Positions 61,601-64,000 of a DNA stretch of 64,000 nucleotides are shown piece by piece. Position numbers and translations under genes: made by a program. Below the pieces are notes generated by a model, which searched no databases, had not been told where the DNA came from, and saw only the letters and a program-made list of their open reading frames with translations. The DNA is taken from positions 1-64,000 of the forward strand of contig JBGSIV010000299.1 in NCBI GenBank assembly GCA_041742355.1, given 5' to 3'. This stretch comes from Candidatus Zixiibacteriota bacterium (GTDB lineage: Bacteria > Zixibacteria > MSB-5A5 > GN15 > FEB-12). The stretch's first letter is position 1. Each line of letters opens with the position of its first letter.

Positions 61601-61807
61601 GACCAGCTGGAGGCGCTTCGGCTCTGGTTCGAAGGTTGGAGCCACTGCCTCGACGAAATGAACTACATCCGTACCGGCTACCGGAGCGGCGGTTTGCTCG
61701 ATGTCGAGTATGTAGGAGACGACGAGATCGAGCGGAAGATCGGCTACGCCGCGCGCATCAATGCGGTCACCGACCCCGCCCGCCCGCTGGCGATGATGAA
61801 GAAGTGA
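58613..61807 (+). CDS. PEP/pyruvate-binding (PPDK_N, ATP-grasp) domain protein with C-terminal nucleotidyltransferase domain
   Basis: IGGKSAG, PLIVRSSSLLED..GAAFSGKY, MGIIIQEVVG, GLGTRAV, PVDIEFA, LLQCR, GPGRWG, SFGTHFFQDL; C-terminal IGS...SDIDML. Confidence 0.85.
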   Translation: MVDKDRPMGDYWALDRLIDSLQERAKELNCIYRVGAILSNPDEPIERVCPRLIDVIPSGYQYPRLCQVKIILEGDTYASADFSETPWLQTAEIMVQDVSIGELTVCYREEIPGANHDTFLKDENKLLQTIADRLGYFICHQKMRSVTQEWQSVKREGGGVGRHDWQVVVKLLRETDRELYLTIARKMLNHLCWSGITEAEVLLQSFSSNQSSDSEDTPEHWNRPHQRKPLVMSAAFSSAAFKIASEHLDGTEILKLIQKWIQEDKLNFLVQVVNRNLSLPEVADAIRRFRHLTQDEPMTLSSSMRGIQVSLIRRFLSDQQQYINVAKNYIEVSDFAELIQNMIFTSESHGRIGGKSAGFYLAKQILLKKARENDLLANITIPKTWFITSDILLHFMHYNNLDDVVEQKYKDIDQVRREYPHIVQSFKSARFPADIVKGLSMALDDFGDRPLIVRSSSLLEDRFGAAFSGKYKSLFLANRGSKQRRLEALMDAIAEVYASTFGPDPIEYRAERELIDFAEEMGIIIQEVVGSHIGKYFLPSFAGVAFSNNEFRWSPRIQRSDGLIRLVPGLGTRAVDRLSNDYPVLIAPGQPGLRANVTPDDVVRYAPKYIDVINLEAEDFETIDLLGFLREVDFQVPSVHQMLSLYHEGHLTLPGITTDFGSTTPVATFDGLISRTRFVRRLRTILQTLEETLVTPVDIEFACDGDDFYLLQCRAQSYSPESAPAPIPKDIPMEQIVFTARRYVSNGRVPDVTHIVYVDPRKYNEIGERADLVSVGRAVSRLNKLLPKRKFILMGPGRWGRRGDIKLGVNVTYSDINNCAVLIEIAMQHGHYVPDLSFGTHFFQDLVEANIRYLPLFPDDEQVVFSERFLTQQPNMLPELLPEYGSLADVLKVIDVPKSTRGRVLRILMNADLDEAVGLLAAPNEELDTPVSYVEAPVHPREDYWRWRVQMAERVAAHVDADRFGVAGLYLIGSAKNANAGPASDIDMLVHFRGTPDQLEALRLWFEGWSHCLDEMNYIRTGYRSGGLLDVEYVGDDEIERKIGYAARINAVTDPARPLAMMKK

Positions 61808-61904
61808 TTGATCGCGGCACCCGGCATTTCCATTCTGTTCGGTTGCGCAATTCGGAAACCCGGTACATCTGAGAACGGGCCTGGACCCACGCTAATGCCT
61901 GCCG

Positions 61905-63248
61905 ATGAATAGACTCGATGAGACCGCTCCGCAAGAATCACGGCTCCGCACGGTGTTCCGCGCCCTGCGTCACCGGAACTTCCGCTACTTCTACATGGGG
62001 CAGACCGTCTCGCTCACCGGCACCTGGATGCAGCGCGTCGCCATGGGCTGGCTGGTCTACCGCCTCACCGAATCGGCCTTCCTGCTCGGGTTGGTCGGGT
62101 TCACCAGCCAGATTCCCACCCTGCTCCTGTCACCGTTCGCCGGAGTCGTCGCCGACCGCTTCAGCCGCCATCGCCTCACTATCATTACCCAGGCTCTCGC
62201 CATGCTGCAGGCGTTCACGCTCGCTACCCTCGTTTTCACCGATGTCGTGCAGGTTTGGCACGTCATCGTTTTGAGCGGGCTCCTCGGCGTCATAAACGCC
62301 TTCGATATGCCTATTCGCCAGTCGTTCATGGTCGAGATGATCGAAGACCGCCGGGATCTCGGCAACGCGATCGCACTGAACTCCTCAATGGTTAACGCGG
62401 CGCGACTGATCGGGCCGTCGACCGCCGGTCTGCTGATTGCCGCGGTCGGCGAAGGCATCTGCTTTCTGATTAACGGTCTTAGCTATATCGCGGTGATCGG
62501 ATCGCTCATGGCGATGACGATTCCTCCGTCGAAACCGAAGCTGCGTACGACGCGCGTCTGGCACGAGCTGCGCGAGGGGCTCCAGTACGCCGGGCGGTTC
62601 GAGCCGATCCGGGCCATCCTGCTGATGTTGGCACTGGTAGGTTTCGCCGGTATGCCCTACACCGTCCTCCTGCCCGTTTTTGCCCGCGACATCCTCAAGG
62701 GGGGACCCGACACGCTCGGCTTTCTCATGGGCGCCGCCGGGATCGGCGCACTCTTCGGCGCAGTATACCTCGCGTCACGCAAAAGCGTTTTTGGGTTGGG
62801 CAAACTGATTCCGATCGCCTCAGCCGTCTTTGGCCTGAGCCTCATGATCTTTTCGTTCTCGGAGATGATGGTGGTGTCGCTGGCGCTGATGTTCCTGACC
62901 GGACTCGGGCAGATGATCGAAATGGCGACGAGCAACACGCTCCTGCAGACGATCGTCGACGATGACAAGCGCGGCCGGATTATGAGTCTCTACACGATCG
63001 CCATCATGGGCATGGCCCCCATCGGCAGTTTTATCGCCGGAAGTCTCGCCAGCAGCATCGGCGCGCCGTGGACTGTCTTCATTGGCGGCAGTACGTGCGT
63101 GATAGGATCGTACTTCTTTGCCCGACGGCTGCCCATTTTGCGGGAGAAGGTCCTCCCGGTTTACCGCCAGCGGGGGATCGTTCCCGAAATCGCGCGCGGC
63201 CTGCAGGGAGCGACCGAGCCGCCCGCCCCCGGACCGTATCCCCAGTAA
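61905..63248 (+). CDS. MFS transporter
   Basis: About 12 TM helices; GVVADRFSRH, NAARLIGP, RGRIMS. Confidence 0.92.
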   Translation: MNRLDETAPQESRLRTVFRALRHRNFRYFYMGQTVSLTGTWMQRVAMGWLVYRLTESAFLLGLVGFTSQIPTLLLSPFAGVVADRFSRHRLTIITQALAMLQAFTLATLVFTDVVQVWHVIVLSGLLGVINAFDMPIRQSFMVEMIEDRRDLGNAIALNSSMVNAARLIGPSTAGLLIAAVGEGICFLINGLSYIAVIGSLMAMTIPPSKPKLRTTRVWHELREGLQYAGRFEPIRAILLMLALVGFAGMPYTVLLPVFARDILKGGPDTLGFLMGAAGIGALFGAVYLASRKSVFGLGKLIPIASAVFGLSLMIFSFSEMMVVSLALMFLTGLGQMIEMATSNTLLQTIVDDDKRGRIMSLYTIAIMGMAPIGSFIAGSLASSIGAPWTVFIGGSTCVIGSYFFARRLPILREKVLPVYRQRGIVPEIARGLQGATEPPAPGPYPQ

Positions 63249-63271
63249 CACCGGGGGCGAACCCCCGGTGC
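63249..63271. terminator. Hairpin between convergent genes
   Basis: CACCGGGGG-cgaa-CCCCCGGTG-like GC stem; weak T tract. Confidence 0.5.
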
Positions 63272-63299
63272 AGTGATCTACAGGGAGATATTGCGAACG

Positions 63300-63770
63300 T
63301 CAGCGAGTGTGGCTGTTGTGGTCGGTGCCGCCCGCTGTCCGGACCTCCATCTTCTTCAAATAGCCTGCCGGCGCCGCGGTGAACTTGGCCATGTTCGCTT
63401 CCGACGTGAAATAGAGCCGTCGGCCCTCGTAGTCCGTGAAGATCTTCTTCTCGGCGAGCTTCTCGCCGCTCACGGGATCCGTAGTCTGGATATTCTCGTA
63501 CAGAATTCCCGCTGCGGCCGCCTTTTTGAAATACAGGTCGGGGTTATTGATGAGCTTCGTCGTGCACGCTGGGCAGCAGTGATAGACCCGCTGGCCCTGA
63601 ATGTCGGTGTACGAGGTCGAGTCGATTTCTCCTCCCATTACCGGGCAGTGCGTTTGGACTTTGAGTGTCTTCGCAGTGGCGGCGTCCGCGTTCGAGTTGG
63701 CTGCCAGCCCCGTCGAGGCAGCCGCCGTAATCAAAGCAGCTGTGGCCAAAAGGTGCTTGAATCCGTTCAT
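63300..63770 (-). CDS. Secreted protein with two YHS/TRASH-like metal-binding domains
   Basis: Signal peptide; QTHCPVMG...VYHCCPAC...PDLY and QTTDPVSG...LYFTS...PAGY. Confidence 0.8.
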   Translation of the reverse strand: MNGFKHLLATAALITAAASTGLAANSNADAATAKTLKVQTHCPVMGGEIDSTSYTDIQGQRVYHCCPACTTKLINNPDLYFKKAAAAGILYENIQTTDPVSGEKLAEKKIFTDYEGRRLYFTSEANMAKFTAAPAGYLKKMEVRTAGGTDHNSHTR

Positions 63771-64000
63771 GGTGCTCAATTCCTTTCTATGTCGGTTTGC
63801 GATCTACGATATTCTCTCTGGTACAACCCCATTCAATTACCGTGCCGGATGGTCCTGTATTCGGAAAGCGCTGAAAGGAAATGGGTTAAGGAGAGGGGTT
63901 GTCGAGGCCCCGGTTTCACTAGAGAATATTCTTCAGTAGTGAATAATATACTTCACTATTCGGGCGCTGTGAGAGTCCCAAAATCTGGTTCATCGCCCCT

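Noticed and set aside
58613..61807. Naming as ppsA or ppdK
   Set aside because: The C-terminal PEP/pyruvate barrel and the canonical GGxTSHAA motif are missing.

Overview
GC-rich chromosomal window from a diderm, probably anaerobic bacterium; PorV-like barrels, a T9SS/FlgD-type C-terminal domain and Hdr/Mvh genes suggest the FCB group, e.g. Zixibacteria-like (inference only). In order it holds: a beta-helix surface protein, TonB-dependent receptor and PhoB-like regulator with a degenerate receiver and Pho-box-like repeats; a small accessory patch (serine hydrolase, Ntn hydrolase, GT87, methyltransferase); TetR divergent from an 11-gene hdrC-hdrB-hdrA(N)-nuoE-nuoF-nuoG'::hdrA(C)-mvhD-mvhG-mvhA-protease-Zn-finger operon; tamA/tamB; an OPT transporter; an operon of a 2419-aa CTD-bearing surface protein, PorV-TPR, PP2C phosphatase, STAS-kinase, STAS and histidine kinase; a methyltransferase; a secreted S74-chaperone fibre protein; Ser/Thr kinase; porin and MCP; DUF2087; glutamate dehydrogenase with a PPDK_N-nucleotidyltransferase fusion; MFS; and a YHS protein. 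No rRNA, tRNA, CRISPR or intact mobile element was seen. Strongest leads: (1) HdrA is split inside its inserted ferredoxin domain by a NuoEFG' module, linked to a group 3c [NiFe]-hydrogenase; (2) the fibre protein is a mosaic of acidic repeats interleaved with short motifs resembling phage tail-tube (gp19), MopE-like and FG-GAP sequences; (3) a surface protein/PorV pair is coupled to a partner-switching cascade. All family assignments are from motif recognition by eye, not database searches.
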